Positions 36,496 through 49,037 of a stretch of DNA of 64,000 nt are shown here, in pieces. The stretch is from Marsupella aquatica. Its lineage: Eukaryota > Plantae > Marchantiophyta. The notes beneath the pieces were generated by a model. It searched no databases. It had not been told where the DNA came from and saw only the letters and a program-made list of their open reading frames with translations. A program made the translations under genes and the position numbers. Within the stretch, counting starts at the first letter, position 1. Each line of letters starts with the position of its first letter. Location of the stretch: positions 23,879,971 through 23,943,970 of the forward strand of contig OZ316892.1 in the NCBI GenBank assembly GCA_973895155.1, given 5' to 3'.

Positions 36496-39400
36496 CTAAA
36501 CCGACGTTATGGGTGGAATTATGAAAGTGTTGATATTCGGGGACTGGACTGGAGGAGGAAAGAATTTGTTCAGGCCCCATGGCAGTTTGTAGACCTCCAT
36601 GTTGCGAGGATCAGCTCCAAAGGCATGAAACTTGTCCCACCAAAGGAGCCCTCTGTCCTTTCGTGATGCCGCCATGGTGTTGTCCAACACTACTGTGATG
36701 ATTACCACCACTGTTGTGCCTGACGAGAACATGGTATTCATAATGTCGTTGAACTGCACAACTCCGCCCACAAACCCAATTTTACGTCAGGCTAGAGAGA
36801 GAACCAAAGTTAGTCCGAAAGATCAAGGCAGCCCCTCTTGTTAATATATAAATTCAGACCTGAATGAATGATTGTGTCCCCATGGAACCAACCCACATTA
36901 GGTTGGCTTGCACTACATATATGGATCACAATCGTTTGAAGGATGCAGAGATCATTTCTATTCAGGTCAGTGAAAGCCATGATTTTAACCTCAATCATTC
37001 TCATTGTCGGTACTGACCAAACGCCCAACAAGGCCGCAAAGTCTGGTCCGCACAAAATCTGATACGTTGAAAGGGTCTAAGTTTAATGACATGAAGCAGT
37101 AGAATCGAAGGGTCTTAAAGTAAATTCAATGCATACCCAGCGCGAGTGTGTGTGCGAAGGTCCATGACCTGCTGCGGTTTGGTACTCTATGAAATATTGG
37201 GGAACAGACAAACCCATGAACAGCGCAAATCCAACGATAAAGATATTCCGAGGGCAGTTCATGTTCGCAAATTGCAGACTAGATATTCCGATTGCCGCTG
37301 CACATACGATTATGGTCAGTGAGCCTCACTCTATAGATGCATTCTTTAAACCCCAACACACACGCGATACAAATATACTCTGCGTGCAAAGCAAACGTCG
37401 TGAACTAACTACAGTATAATTGTTCACAATTAATAGCGTCTTCTCAATTAATGAAGATAGTGAGAGAAATGATATCTTACCAATTATTCCGAACATCACG
37501 CAGAAAACACCTGCAACCATTGGTTCTGGTATGGATGCAAAAATTCCTCCAAATTTTCCTGCGAGGGCTCCAAAGTACAACTATAAGTGCGCCGGCCTTG
37601 TACTTCATTAATTGACCACTCACAGGACTACATTCCTGCCAATAATATGGCACTCTATTCTTCACGAATCAGTTGGATGAACCCTGGGATACAAACAGTT
37701 TAAACCACTTGAAGAATTTCTGGACAGGAGTGATGAATATCACAAACCCAATATCGACAGCAGCAGCATGAATCCAGCTGAGATCTGCACCACTCGGCGA
37801 CTTCCAACCTTTGTTGCTCCAATGAGCCCCATATTTTCGCTGTAGACATCATTCATTAGCAGTCTAGTTGAATTGCTACTTTTGTACGTAGTCACAAAGC
37901 AGTAAATAATAAGCCATTGTATATATATCTAAAATTGCAAGAGAAGTAGCTTTTTGATTGCTCTGGAAAAATGGCCAGTCATGAACTTACGCAGAAACTG
38001 CTGATCCTGTTAATGCGCCAAACATTCCATCCATAAGGATTCCTATTCCCTGTCCATGCATTTCACCTATTAGAAGGTAAAACTGCAATCTCCAAGACAA
38101 TAAAATCGAAAGCAAAAATCAATGCCGAGCGCTTAGGGCAGCTATAGTTCTTTCAGAGCGCTCAATATCTTTATAACTAAGGTGGCGCACAGAAGAGTTT
38201 CTTGCGTTGATGATGGTCTATTAATGAGTAAGTAGCTTTGATTTGAATCTCAAGAGCTTGCCTCCCAGCCAATTCCTCGAGTGATGACATATGGTGGAGG
38301 AGGTGAGGCACCAGCCAGTCTTGACAGAGCGTAAAAGTTGCCAGTAGACTGAAAAAAACAAGAATGAAACATTAGAGTCTGGATTAGAATACCTTTAAAT
38401 TGCATCAACTTTCGCTTCTTACGTACATGAAGGCCACGCGGAGATTTGATTCTTAGTTTGCAAATGGATTATAAGCGACAACTCAACAATCTCCCAGTCC
38501 AAGACAACCAAAACTGTGGCAAACAGTCGAGACGGTCACCTCCACTAGAGCAGCAAGAGCTCCAGCCATTACACCAAAAGTATGACCTGCATCAAATGTT
38601 GGAGGGCCCCATTGGAGTGGCCAAGGAACACGTATCCTACAACGCAAGAGCTGTCTAGTTATCTTACTTGCCTTAATGTTGGAACTACACAGCACCATTA
38701 TCTCTACAAACTGTAATAAATAGCAAAAAACAGCGATGTACATAAGATCTTGAAAAATATTTGAACAGCTGTTTGAAACTTTGCTTGCACCTCGTGTACT
38801 CCAGGCTTCCCTGGGTTCACAATAAGTTTAAAACTAAGGTTCTTATGGATCCAGTGTAGTAAGAGTCAGATCCAGAACTCGGTCCATACCACGGAGCGGA
38901 ACCAATTATGTGCGCGCGATCAGTGCGGCAATGTAGTTTTCCTTTGTGAGTTGCATGAGCGTAAGCACCACTGACTGTCAGCAAATGGGCATATGCCCAC
39001 GTTATAGCAATTCCAAGAATGACGGGGTATAGCTCAAATATTGGAATGTCCCGCAATTTTATATGCTTCAGAAACTATGGCACATACATACACCATAGCC
39101 ACAGTTGGAACAGGGTTGAATTAGTTGAAATATAGGTGAGGAAAATTTCTTAAAACTGGAAACAACTATAACGACGAAAGTTGGACGATTACTGAATCCC
39201 AGGGAATAATGCAACGCTATCATGCACTGACACGGGGATTGACGCTCGAGCTTCAAAAGTGGGATTCACATTTCAGTGCGACGGTTGAAGCTTATTTCAA
39301 ATGCCAGCTGAATTTTGGTCAGTGCTTCTCGCCCTGTATCGTAAGTATGAATTATAAACATCTGACGATCAGATAAACGTACCTGTGAAAACGTTATTAC

Positions 39401-41613
39401 AATGACAATTGCTGGAATGCCGATCTCGACACATTTTCCAACCTGCAGCACCGGCCCCACACATGCAAATAAGGCCAGAATCCTGTGTGAGTAGTGTCTG
39501 TGACTTGGATATATGCTCCATTTTAATGTGACGTCGATCTTACCTAAGTGCAAAATGGCAGTGCCAAGAGTCATATTTTTAGTTACCAGCGGTTTAATGA
39601 ATTAAAATTATTAAAAGATGGAGCACCATTCACACAATATCAGCCAGAGAGCACCCTTTTGATTTCTTAAAGCAAATAAGAAATTTCAGCACGTTTAAGG
39701 GATTCTGTCATCTACCAGGAAGTGGGAGAATTTACTATTCTCGAGAGTATAATTATGTAGAGTGGTTCAATTCAATTTTTTGCTAAGCGGAGTCAAAGAG
39801 TAAAGAGTCCAAATCAAGGTGGCAGGTCTAGGCACCAACCCCTGGGAAGCCATATTCATATAGTCCCAGACCGACCATACAGATGGTGGGCGCAATTACA
39901 ATGGGGCTAACATATCTGCAAACAAGAGCGGAGGTTAAGAATACCTCCAAGCACAAGCTTCACAACGAGAGAATAGAATGATAAACACACTGTAATGATC
40001 TCTTCAACATTTTGCAACATGAAATTTTGATAAAATGTCGGGACCTTTCCAAATTCTTGCTGTCTCTCATTCTTCATTCAAATCCCATAGGAGTTACGTT
40101 TGTTCTCACGAGCTTAATTTGCCAGAAACTCAGCTATATAAAAGCACGAATGGATTTCTTATTCACAAGCGGATTTCAAAACGATTGTAGCTTATTCAAG
40201 TCCGTAAAGAAAGCACATTACCTGGTAAGGATGCCCCAGAGCCCACTGAAGCCAAGAACTATATGCAAACTGGATGCCGTGATAAGAGCTCCCTGAATAG
40301 CTCGCATTGTATGAATGAATCTCTGTGCATGATTTTCGGGTATGGTTCAATAAAACTTCTTTAAATTAAATCACTGAAATGAGTATTATAAGGCTAGCAT
40401 ATAAGATTCAACGCACCGGAGCACCCTACATGCCCTCAAAACATTATTCAGCCAAGCAGCTGATGTATCGGCGATCTTTAGCAATCTAATCCACATGTTA
40501 TTCCAAGACTGGGAATTTATATACAGGGAGAGTGGGAACTTGAGCTGCTGTAAGTGAACTGACCAATTGGTTGTCTTGAATGGCCATCAATTTGGGAGAG
40601 TGAATAACAGTTACAGTGGGAATTATAAATGCAAAGGATCCTCCCACAACTGCAGGTAGCCTTGTCCCCAAAGTCGTCTGCAGCAATGTGTTCAGTCCCG
40701 AAACAAACAGCATGGTCTGGATCACCTTGGCCTTGTCTGCCTGTGTATGTAGCACACAAGAGAAGGATATCAGCATAAACCTGCACGATTTAATTAGTTT
40801 GATACCTTGAGTATTTTTTCCCGACCGGTTTAAATTTAATGGATTGGAATTAATTCATACTTTTAGGGCTAGCTGAAGAATAGATACTTATATGTGTGAA
40901 ATGCATGCAGCTCGGATGTCCTGCTTACATTGTTTCCTCCCATCATGGGAACAAGAAGACTGGGGATCATGACTGTGGACCCAAGAATCGTTAAATAGTG
41001 CTGAAACCCCAACAAGACCGCCTCCGCTGCACAAAAAGTTACACATGCCCTTTCAATTATTTTCACATACAACAATCTTCACAGGCCATATGCAGCTCCA
41101 TCCGCTCCCAAGGACTACAATAATTGAACTTGGAATGTTCAGGAAAGCAGACTGATTAAAGACACTTGAGCCTCGGATATCTGCTGAATAACAGCACATA
41201 GTGTTAATAGCACCTGTCGGGGTAAGTAACGAGAGCACCGGCTGGGCGAAATCGCATCACAACGGTTCTAAATTTCAACTGCTTGTGGATTCTTTGCTGA
41301 TTTGTGGAGCAGCAAGATCGAAAAAACCTTTTGCGAAGAGACAAATGGATGGAATTAGTGGGACTAGGTTTTATTTTCTAGTCCCCGGGAGAGCGACGGA
41401 ACCGAAATTGTCCTATAGCCACTGTTGCTGCAGACTGACAGTAAAGAGAGTATATATCATACGCCAAGGTGGATTGTCGTTGATGGAATACTTGATGCCA
41501 GGCAGCTGCTCCGTCTGAGCATGTTGGAAATCTTCCGGCTTAGCTGTGGCCTGATGCACATGCTTAGGACTGGACGGCCCGCTGGGTGCCGGTGATGCTG
41601 CCTCTGGTGCCAT
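36496..41613 (-). CDS. NAT: Nucleobase-ascorbate transporter (NAT/NCS2, xanthine/uracil permease), multi-exon
   Basis: Exons encode EQLPGIKYSINDNPPW, LGFQHYLTILGSTV, QTMLFVSGLNTLLQTTLGTRLPAVVGGS, GKCVEIG, HCRTDR, WPLQWGPPTF, ENMGLIGATKVGSRR (NAT signature), GKFGGIFASIP and YKLPWGLNKFFP. Confidence 0.95.
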
Positions 41614-43074
41614 ATTTCACCAGTCACCAGTTTCTCAGCTTCTAACCTGGCACGCTTCTTGAATAACCAACCCCTAGCCTCCCTCTCTCTGTCTGCAAAA
41701 GTCCCAAACTACAATTAATCACAATCAATCATTAATTGCATCATTGCAACTTTTCTAACATTCTCTGCGGCAAAATCATCGATCACACTCAACGCAATTA
41801 TCATTATTGATTATTATTCCACCACTGCACGCATCAGAGACTCACATGAAACCTAATAGTATCAGCCTATCCGACTCGAGAAAGAGTTATATCTTTCACG
41901 GTTACCAACAAAGCTTCACCACAATCACGGAGTCACTAATGCTCGAATTGATGATGACTCACATCTTCCTACCTCCTCCTCACCGTCAGACCTTCAAGAT
42001 CGCTGCCTGGAGAAACCGTCGTTGGAAAACCAGCCCGGTTGTGACCATCATCTTCACCGCATTATACATTTGTCTCGATAAACGTCCTCCTGCAGTAGCT
42101 TGTCTCCCAACTCACTGCTTGAAATAATGGCAAGTGAGCACAAACATATGTGTCAATGCATCGAAGGCAGTTGAATCCATTGATTACACTCTGCGCTGCA
42201 TGAATCGAATGACAAGTGAGCACAAAGAGGGTCAGAAGGAGTCCGTCCGCAATACCTGCACGTACATTCAAGCATCTACATTAATGCGTAGCAGGCTCAG
42301 GACAGGTTGAATCGATCAGCAGTGCGGCGCAGGTTCACGTAGATTTTTCGATTGATCGATCGATTCGGCGAAGAATAGCGAGATCGAGGCAGATTTCTCG
42401 GAAGAGAAGAGAAGAGAAGAGAGCGGTAACAAGGCGGCCAAGAAACCAGAACCGGTTTAGGTCGAGCGTGGCTGCATGCATGAAGGACGGACGGTCGGAT
42501 GCGAGCGATGGCTTCCCAAGAGGCCTCTGGTTACGGTAGGAGAGAACGACGGTTCCTAGAAAATGGCCGTCTGGTTAACGTTACGCCCTTTTTATTTGTG
42601 GCAAAAAGCGGTCAAATACTTATCCAGACTTTTTGCCATCAGCACAGTACATAGGAAAAATGTTAAGTCACCAATTTATTACCAAATTGGCTCATAGTCT
42701 GTTCATATTGTCCATAGTAAGTGATGTTGGGTGGAACTGGTGCTGAGCATGTGTGAGATGGCCAAGCAGTATACTGCAACGAGTTGGTGAGTCAGCCTGG
42801 CAACTTTTTTGGCAGTTGGATTGCAAGGAGGGGGAAATTACAAAGAGAGTGGTGGATGGGATGCTCATTTGGGCCTGGGCAATGTGCTCAGTGGCACCTT
42901 TAGGTTCATCTCTTTGTGAAGCATGTCAACATAAGCCAACTGCCAATTAATGGTACTTCCCAGCAAATCTTGGCTATTGGTTGCCAGGCGGGTTGCCAGG
43001 TCTAGTCAAAAGTGTGGGAGGAAGGTGGACTCAATGCCCCTCGTATATAACTCTTGTTTAAATAGGCAGGAATT

Positions 43075-43492
43075 TACATTGTTACTAAAGATATTTGAAT
43101 TTACAATACTATCATTGTTTTTTTTATTTACAAAAATCAGCTTTTAAATATATTGTCACTAAAGATGTTTAAATTTATAATACTACCACTATTTTTTTTA
43201 TTTACAAAAATGTCACTGTTTTTGTATATAGTTCTCCTAGTTACCTTGGTAAACTTGTTATCCATATACAAAATAGTGGTATTTTTATAAATAATAAAAA
43301 ACAATGACACTATTATGAATTAGAACATCTTTAGTGACAAAGTAATCAAAAACTATTACAAAAATATCACAGTTTTCATATATTCTTCCCTTGGTTATTT
43401 TAGTAAACTTGTTGTCCATATAGGAAACCCTCACATTTTTATAAATACCAAAAAAAATGACAGTATTGTCAATTAGAATATCTTTGGTGACA
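43075..43492. repeat. AT-rich foldback/MITE-like repeat
   Basis: TCACTAAAGATG..AATTT..AATACTA..ATTTACAAAAAT units at ~43081 and ~43156 recur inverted at ~43285-43340 and ~43440-43492. Confidence 0.55.
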
Positions 43493-43501
43493 AAGTACTT
43501 A

Positions 43502-43798
43502 CTCGGGGGTTTCACTTCCACAAAAATGGCATATCACGTGCGACGAAGGATAGGGTCATTTTATTGGTTCTAAAGGAAAACTTAAGAATTTTTGTAGAAG
43601 AACAATAGGGTCTTTTAAATTCAATTTTGAGACTTATAAGAATATTAGGGTCTTTTTAATCCAATTTTTAGAATATTCCAAAAATATTCCAACTTTATAG
43701 GAGTTAAAAAATTAAAAAAAATTCTTACATTTTAGGGGGTCCGAGGCCTAAAAACGTCGCAGGCGATGGGGAGGTCCCCATATAGTGAGACCCCCGAG
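43502..43798. mobile_element. 297-bp non-autonomous derivative (MITE) of element A
   Basis: TIRs CTCGGGGGTTTCAC / GTGAGACCCCCGAG (1 mismatch), perfect 8-bp TSD AGTACTTA (43494-43501, 43799-43806). The right ~190 bp match 8372-8561. Confidence 0.93.
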
Positions 43799-45579
43799 AG
43801 TACTTAAAAGCTGTCACATTTTATATGGACTAAAAAGTTGACTATGAAAATAATTTAAATATTAAAAACAACCTGAGTTTTCCGAACTTAAAGCTCTTAT
43901 GGACACAGACGTTTGCAAAAACACTAGGATGGACAGACACAACTTGCATGGACACAGACGTAAACTTAGAATTTTGCTTGTATAGCACAGAATACATATT
44001 TCGGCAAAAGTGACTTGTAACGAGTTGTATGACCGGGACCAGGAGGTTTTCCGTTGGTACTCCCAGTAGTCTGTCCATGACTCTGGTTTTCCTTCCCGCA
44101 ACAACGAGCACAGGCTTCATTGGCCTTATGCGTTGTAAGGCACGGAACATGTCTACTAGGGTTCTTTCAATGTCTGTACTCAGCACCCTTTGCGCTATGA
44201 ATGTCTGCAAACGTCTCTCTCTTTGCACGATGACTGTTTGCAAATGTCGAAGATGATGTGAGTCAGTCGATTTGATTCACATTTGCTCGAAATTGCAAGA
44301 CCTTTTCGTCCCCTTTGGAGCTGATCAAGCCGCCCCCTGAAATCAGCTGCAGGTCCCAGTAGCTAAACGTCGCATTGCAAGGTCAAAGCTAATCGCAGCT
44401 GCTGAAGTTTGAAGCAAACGTTTGCAGGTCAAGCTTGCAGCTCAACGTCGCAGCCGCCCCCTGCGTAGCTGAACTCAGCTGCAGGTCCCAGTAACTCAAC
44501 TCGCATTGCAGCCCAGGAGTTCAGCAGCTCATCAATGCAGTCGTTCAGCAGCTCGATGCAGCGCGAAAGAATTAGCACTTCAGCGGGGAAGTTCGCAGCT
44601 CATATTCGCAACTGTTAATGTTTGCAGCTGCACTGACTGATCCCGTCGCCTCCAGCTGAAGTTCGCACCTAAGTACATCCTGGGTTGGAATTGATTTAGC
44701 CAGAGAAAACGCTGAGATGCTGACATTTGATGCATGCATTGTAAATGCAGGGAGCTGAGCAACAACACCCTTTGCAACGTTGCAGCTGAAGTTTGCTGCT
44801 GAAGGTTGCTGGTGAAGGTTGTTTGTAGCTGCTTTCGTTCGCAGCCTCTGTTTGGAGCGAAACTTCACAGGTGGTGTTTGCAGCTGAATTGCAGTAGCTT
44901 ATCGCCTACAGCTAAAGTTTGCCCTTTCAGCAATTTTCATAGAGCTAAGGGGATCGTGTCCTGCATGAGGGGATATATTGCTTTACCCAAGGATCGCTTC
45001 ACTCAGGGGATAGCTTTGCAAGGGATTGCTTCACCCAGGGAATACAAGTGCAAGGTGATTGCTTAGCATTTTTTGAGGTAACTTCAGGGTGAGAATCTTC
45101 GTCCTTTTCTAGCTCCTATTGTTTCCATGTTGCAGCCCTGTTTGATGTGCACAGCCAATTTGCAAACTGCCAAATGTATTTCCATGCACTCTGACTCGTA
45201 GCAGTGAATAGTTAGAATGTGCTCCATTGCTTTATTCAATATCTGTGGAATGCCGTAAACTCCCTCAGCTTCAGGAAGTGAATTGGAGTCTAATGAGCCT
45301 ACGTCAAATGAATCAAATGTGCTGCCTTCGGTTCACAGAAGCTCATAATTCCTGTACCTAAGATTTGTACTTTATAAACACATGATTGGAGTGTAACTAG
45401 ATGCTTACTTTCGTAGCCTCTCATCACAATTTTCAACAGGGAATCTACTTAAATTAATGGAATCTTGTTAAGGTGGTTCAGGTACCTCTATTTGGAGCCA
45501 TTTCAATCATCGCACAAGTGCACGTTCGCACTGAATCCAAGGTCCAACATTCTTTCATCAGGTAATTGTCTTCAATACC

Positions 45580-46317
45580 ATGTCCTCTGCAAATCGTGCC
45601 CTACTTGATAAAGTTCCGACTGCAATTCTCCTTGTCTTCACTAGTATTAATTGTCAAGTATGTGCTTGCAGGGGTCAATTCATTCCCTTGCTCACAATCA
45701 TGGATGTTGGGCAGTCATCTCATGTAGTATGCTTTGATAGCGACCTTCAATCCATTTCTGAATTCCTTGACGAATGGAAGCCAGCATCCATTCCTTTCAA
45801 CTACATTGAATGGCTGAATGTTAGCACCCTTCAGTCAAACAAGGAATTGGATTGCCTTGTCAATACAACAGGGTTAGCTACAGCTTGGGAATCATTGTGT
45901 CTTTCTTCTCACGAAAGGCTACAGAACTCTCATATTGAAAGTCTAGCTATTGCCAATAATGTCATGTCTGGAAAATGGATGATTTTTGTTGACAGCCATG
46001 CAGTAGACTCCCAGTGGGCAAAAATTGCTGCTGCCATTGTGAAAGGTAGTTTGGCAACTGATGCGAAGGTTTCCACCTGTCATACCAAACCTCTGAAGTC
46101 TGGGTTTCCGAAAGAGGAAAAGATCCCTGTTGGTCAACATGTCATTTGTGTGTGGTCTGATAATTTCACCGACATTGAGGGTGTTTTTGGTCTAAGGGAT
46201 CGCCTCCGTCGTTTAGGGTTTACTGATACTATGTTTTATAAGCCTGATGCATACTCTGTTTGCGGGGTGTATGCAGGCAATAGACTTGGCCTCTCGGCTG
46301 CTAAATACATAGCTTGA
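45580..46317 (+). CDS. DUF1917 / C11orf68-like (eIF4E-like fold) protein; likely start at 45700
   Basis: FLDEWKPASI...WL; SGKWMIF; W..IA.A...G.L; AKVST; HVICVWSDNFTDIEGV..LRDRLRRLG; YKPDAYS..GVYAGN. Confidence 0.8.
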   Translation: MSSANRALLDKVPTAILLVFTSINCQVCACRGQFIPLLTIMDVGQSSHVVCFDSDLQSISEFLDEWKPASIPFNYIEWLNVSTLQSNKELDCLVNTTGLATAWESLCLSSHERLQNSHIESLAIANNVMSGKWMIFVDSHAVDSQWAKIAAAIVKGSLATDAKVSTCHTKPLKSGFPKEEKIPVGQHVICVWSDNFTDIEGVFGLRDRLRRLGFTDTMFYKPDAYSVCGVYAGNRLGLSAAKYIA

Positions 46318-46318
46318 C

Positions 46319-46882
46319 ATGGCCTGGGTTTTTACAACTCTACTACACATGATTTGCAATGTCATGTTTCAGATCTATGCATTCATTAGGTTCATTGCAG
46401 GGCATTTTCCCAGTCTTGCTGTACTGAAAGACGTCCAGAACCCAGTACCTAAGCCTGCTCTGCATTCTGGCAATCAATCTGGTGTCAAGCTATATGCAAC
46501 CCTGGATGAGGTAGAGGGCCCAGGTGAAGGGGAGGGGATTCGGTGTACTAAGCTTACCCACCTCCTCCCTCCTCTGCCAAATGATGTCGTCCTCACCCAT
46601 ATTTGGCCAAGATTGTCATTTCCCTGCCAGGCTGAGGACATCATGTCTATTAGATGCGTTAATACAGGTTGGAGACATGTGGTTGACTCATCAGATTATT
46701 GGAGGGCATTAGGGCCTATACTATCAGGACCTGGTCCTCGTCCTAAATGGTGGCTTGCAGGATGGAGTTTAGATGTGATGTTAGAATTAGGAGTTGGGTA
46801 CCTTAGGCAGGATCACCATGTCATTCAACAAATCTTATACATCACCAGTGATGAATGGACTGAAAACTTTGTGTCTATTTAG
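46319..46882 (+). CDS. F-box-like protein
   Basis: LLPPLPNDVVLTHIWPRL...IMSIRCVNTGWRHVVDS..YW matches the plant F-box pattern. Confidence 0.65.
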   Translation: MAWVFTTLLHMICNVMFQIYAFIRFIAGHFPSLAVLKDVQNPVPKPALHSGNQSGVKLYATLDEVEGPGEGEGIRCTKLTHLLPPLPNDVVLTHIWPRLSFPCQAEDIMSIRCVNTGWRHVVDSSDYWRALGPILSGPGPRPKWWLAGWSLDVMLELGVGYLRQDHHVIQQILYITSDEWTENFVSI

Positions 46883-47167
46883 GGTAGAGGTTTAGTTCAC
46901 TTTCTCATTTATTACTGTAACATGCACTTTCTCTATTACGGATGCACTTATTATATTGCATGTTCATTTTGAACACAATAATTATTTGAAGTTGGGTTTG
47001 TATTTGTGACAATCATGCACTGCACTACCTTGTCAATTGTGTTTGTTAATCCAAGTTGCTTTTGAAGGCCCAAATGTAACCGCCCCTTGCCTGTCTATGT
47101 CACAATATATATGCCAAGCAGCATGTTCATGGACATCATTAGCCCATTAGCATCCCACTGAGCATGG

Positions 47168-48202
47168 TTGGTTTTGTACATGATGCATTGTAGGATGCCA
47201 AAACCTCAACATAATTGCATGAGTCGCATGACTGGAATCCAGACGTTGGATTCCATATTTGCTCGTGGGCAAGACTTGCCATATGGGGCACAGATTCACA
47301 CACACGTGCGAACTCGATTGACTCACATCCTCCCTGTGCTAGGGTGTTTCACTTATTTGGGTTGTGGACAGAAGGTGCGTAACTCAAGTAAATTGTGCAA
47401 ACAATCTACAGCTCCATCCCATTCTTTAGACCTACATGGTGGGCAGTACCCTTCAAGTCACAATGGTCCATGTGACAACCGAAACACAGCAACTTGGTTC
47501 TGGCGGTTTCGGGTGGTCATTACAGACGATGTACAGGCCGTGGAGTGTGCAGTGTGGGATGTGGGCAGTGACATCCTAAGGGTTGGACCCTCTTCATATG
47601 ATGCGGCTGAGTTCAGCGTACTACCCTTTTTGCAGCAGCGTGACATTCTTCGCTCACGCATGCAGAACCTTGTTGGCATATACTTCATTTTTGAGATAAT
47701 ATTTCAGCAATCAGAAGGGCAGGAGGGTGATCCAGCTTGGTTCATTATTGGCATGACTGTAACAAATGCATGTTCATTTCAGGCCACACCCTCTCGAGGT
47801 CAGCTTGTCACTACAGGTTATGTATCAAATTCAACACCAACATACTCCCCTGAGCATGAAATCCGGTATGTTGGGAAGGGTGTTTTTGCTTCTTCATACG
47901 AGGAGTATGGGGGTCCAGACTCACACAATATCATCAGGCCAATCCCTGTCACGACCTCTGATTTGCAGTGTGAGAGTGATGATGTACATGGTTTGGGTCA
48001 ATCTTTGCATCGGCTTGACATTGGAGATGGTCAAACTCCAAAGAGTGATATAGATGACTGCAGTCACCATAACCTACGCTTAGCATACCTGAGTCATTTA
48101 CACAGCTTGATTGAAAAGTGTGAGGACGAGCTTGCAGCAAAGGAGGCAGAAGTTAGGCGGTCAAAAGAGTATTTGGATGAATTGCGTTCTCGATCAATAT
48201 AG
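47168..48202 (+). CDS. RPA1 C-terminal (Rep_fac-A_C)-like OB-fold protein with a C-terminal coiled coil
   Basis: FTYLGCGQKV...C...C...WFWRFRVVITDDVQAVECAVWD...LVGIYFIFEI resembles the zinc-ribbon OB fold of RPA70C. Confidence 0.55.
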   Translation: MVLYMMHCRMPKPQHNCMSRMTGIQTLDSIFARGQDLPYGAQIHTHVRTRLTHILPVLGCFTYLGCGQKVRNSSKLCKQSTAPSHSLDLHGGQYPSSHNGPCDNRNTATWFWRFRVVITDDVQAVECAVWDVGSDILRVGPSSYDAAEFSVLPFLQQRDILRSRMQNLVGIYFIFEIIFQQSEGQEGDPAWFIIGMTVTNACSFQATPSRGQLVTTGYVSNSTPTYSPEHEIRYVGKGVFASSYEEYGGPDSHNIIRPIPVTTSDLQCESDDVHGLGQSLHRLDIGDGQTPKSDIDDCSHHNLRLAYLSHLHSLIEKCEDELAAKEAEVRRSKEYLDELRSRSI

Positions 48203-48295
48203 CATGGTTAAAGATATGTAATTTTTTTGATGTTTGGCCACAACCGGGGCCACAACCAAGGTCACAACTCTGGTTTATTAACCAGTACATAGTCC

Positions 48296-48960
48296 CCCTG
48301 GGCCCCCAGCCTTTGTAAACTAAAGAGGTATACGTGCGTACACCCCCCTCCCTAGTACCCCTTGTTATTTTTGGAAGCCTATAAAAATTTCTCTTGTTAT
48401 TCTTAAAAACTTAATTTTGGAGAATAAATCTGCCCCTTTGAGATATTATAATTTCACATTTTACACCATTTATGAAAGCCTTGAAAAGTTATAAATTCAT
48501 CATGTGCAAACGGTTCTAAAACTGATGGGAGTGTTTTGGAAGGGTTTTGGGTACATACATTTTTGTGTTCGTGACCCTTTAACCCCAAACTTCAACTTTG
48601 GGGCATTTTTGAACCACATGGCAGGGTAGTCAGGGTTCAAAAGCTCCAAAGTCCTAAACTACTCTGAATCATAGATGTTGCAAGCATAATTATATGTCAT
48701 ATACACATGTTCCAATAAAGGGTGACCACAAGGACCAATCCTATTGTGACGCGTGTCACATCCATATTACATCACCTCTTGAAGCATATTAACTTGGGTG
48801 ACATTTATATAAGCCTATATTAGTTAGAAAGGGTTCTTTGAATAAAACCATCCCTTGATATTTCTAAGCCAATTATAAAAATTAATCTCAAATCAGATTT
48901 TTTGCACCCTTCATCCGTTCGCACGTCCAGCCCATTATTAATAATGCTGGGGGCCCAGGG
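48296..48960. mobile_element. 665-bp non-autonomous element related to P-like element B
   Basis: Perfect 15-bp TIR CCCTGGGCCCCCAGC and perfect 8-bp TSD CATAGTCC (48288-48295, 48961-48968). Subterminal blocks (AAATTTCTCTTGTTA; CACCCTTC..CGTTCGCA.GTCC) are shared with the ends of element B. Confidence 0.93.
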
Positions 48961-49037
48961 CATAGTCCATACCTTATTGATTTAAATGATTCCCTGTTTA
49001 ATGTTGTGTATGACCAAATCACATCATACAAACTGTC

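Noticed and set aside
35640-42780. Short similar segments at ~35640-35700 and ~42705-42770 flanking the NAT gene
   Set aside because: Short, diverged direct matches, most likely a dispersed repeat; no evidence that they mobilise the gene.
8372-43798. 190-bp direct repeat 35 kb apart read as LTRs or a segmental duplication
   Set aside because: No TG..CA ends or PBS; explained as the shared right end of element A and its MITE.
43842-45066. Short ORFs in the GCAGCT-rich region
   Set aside because: MULE subterminal low-complexity sequence; no recognisable domain.
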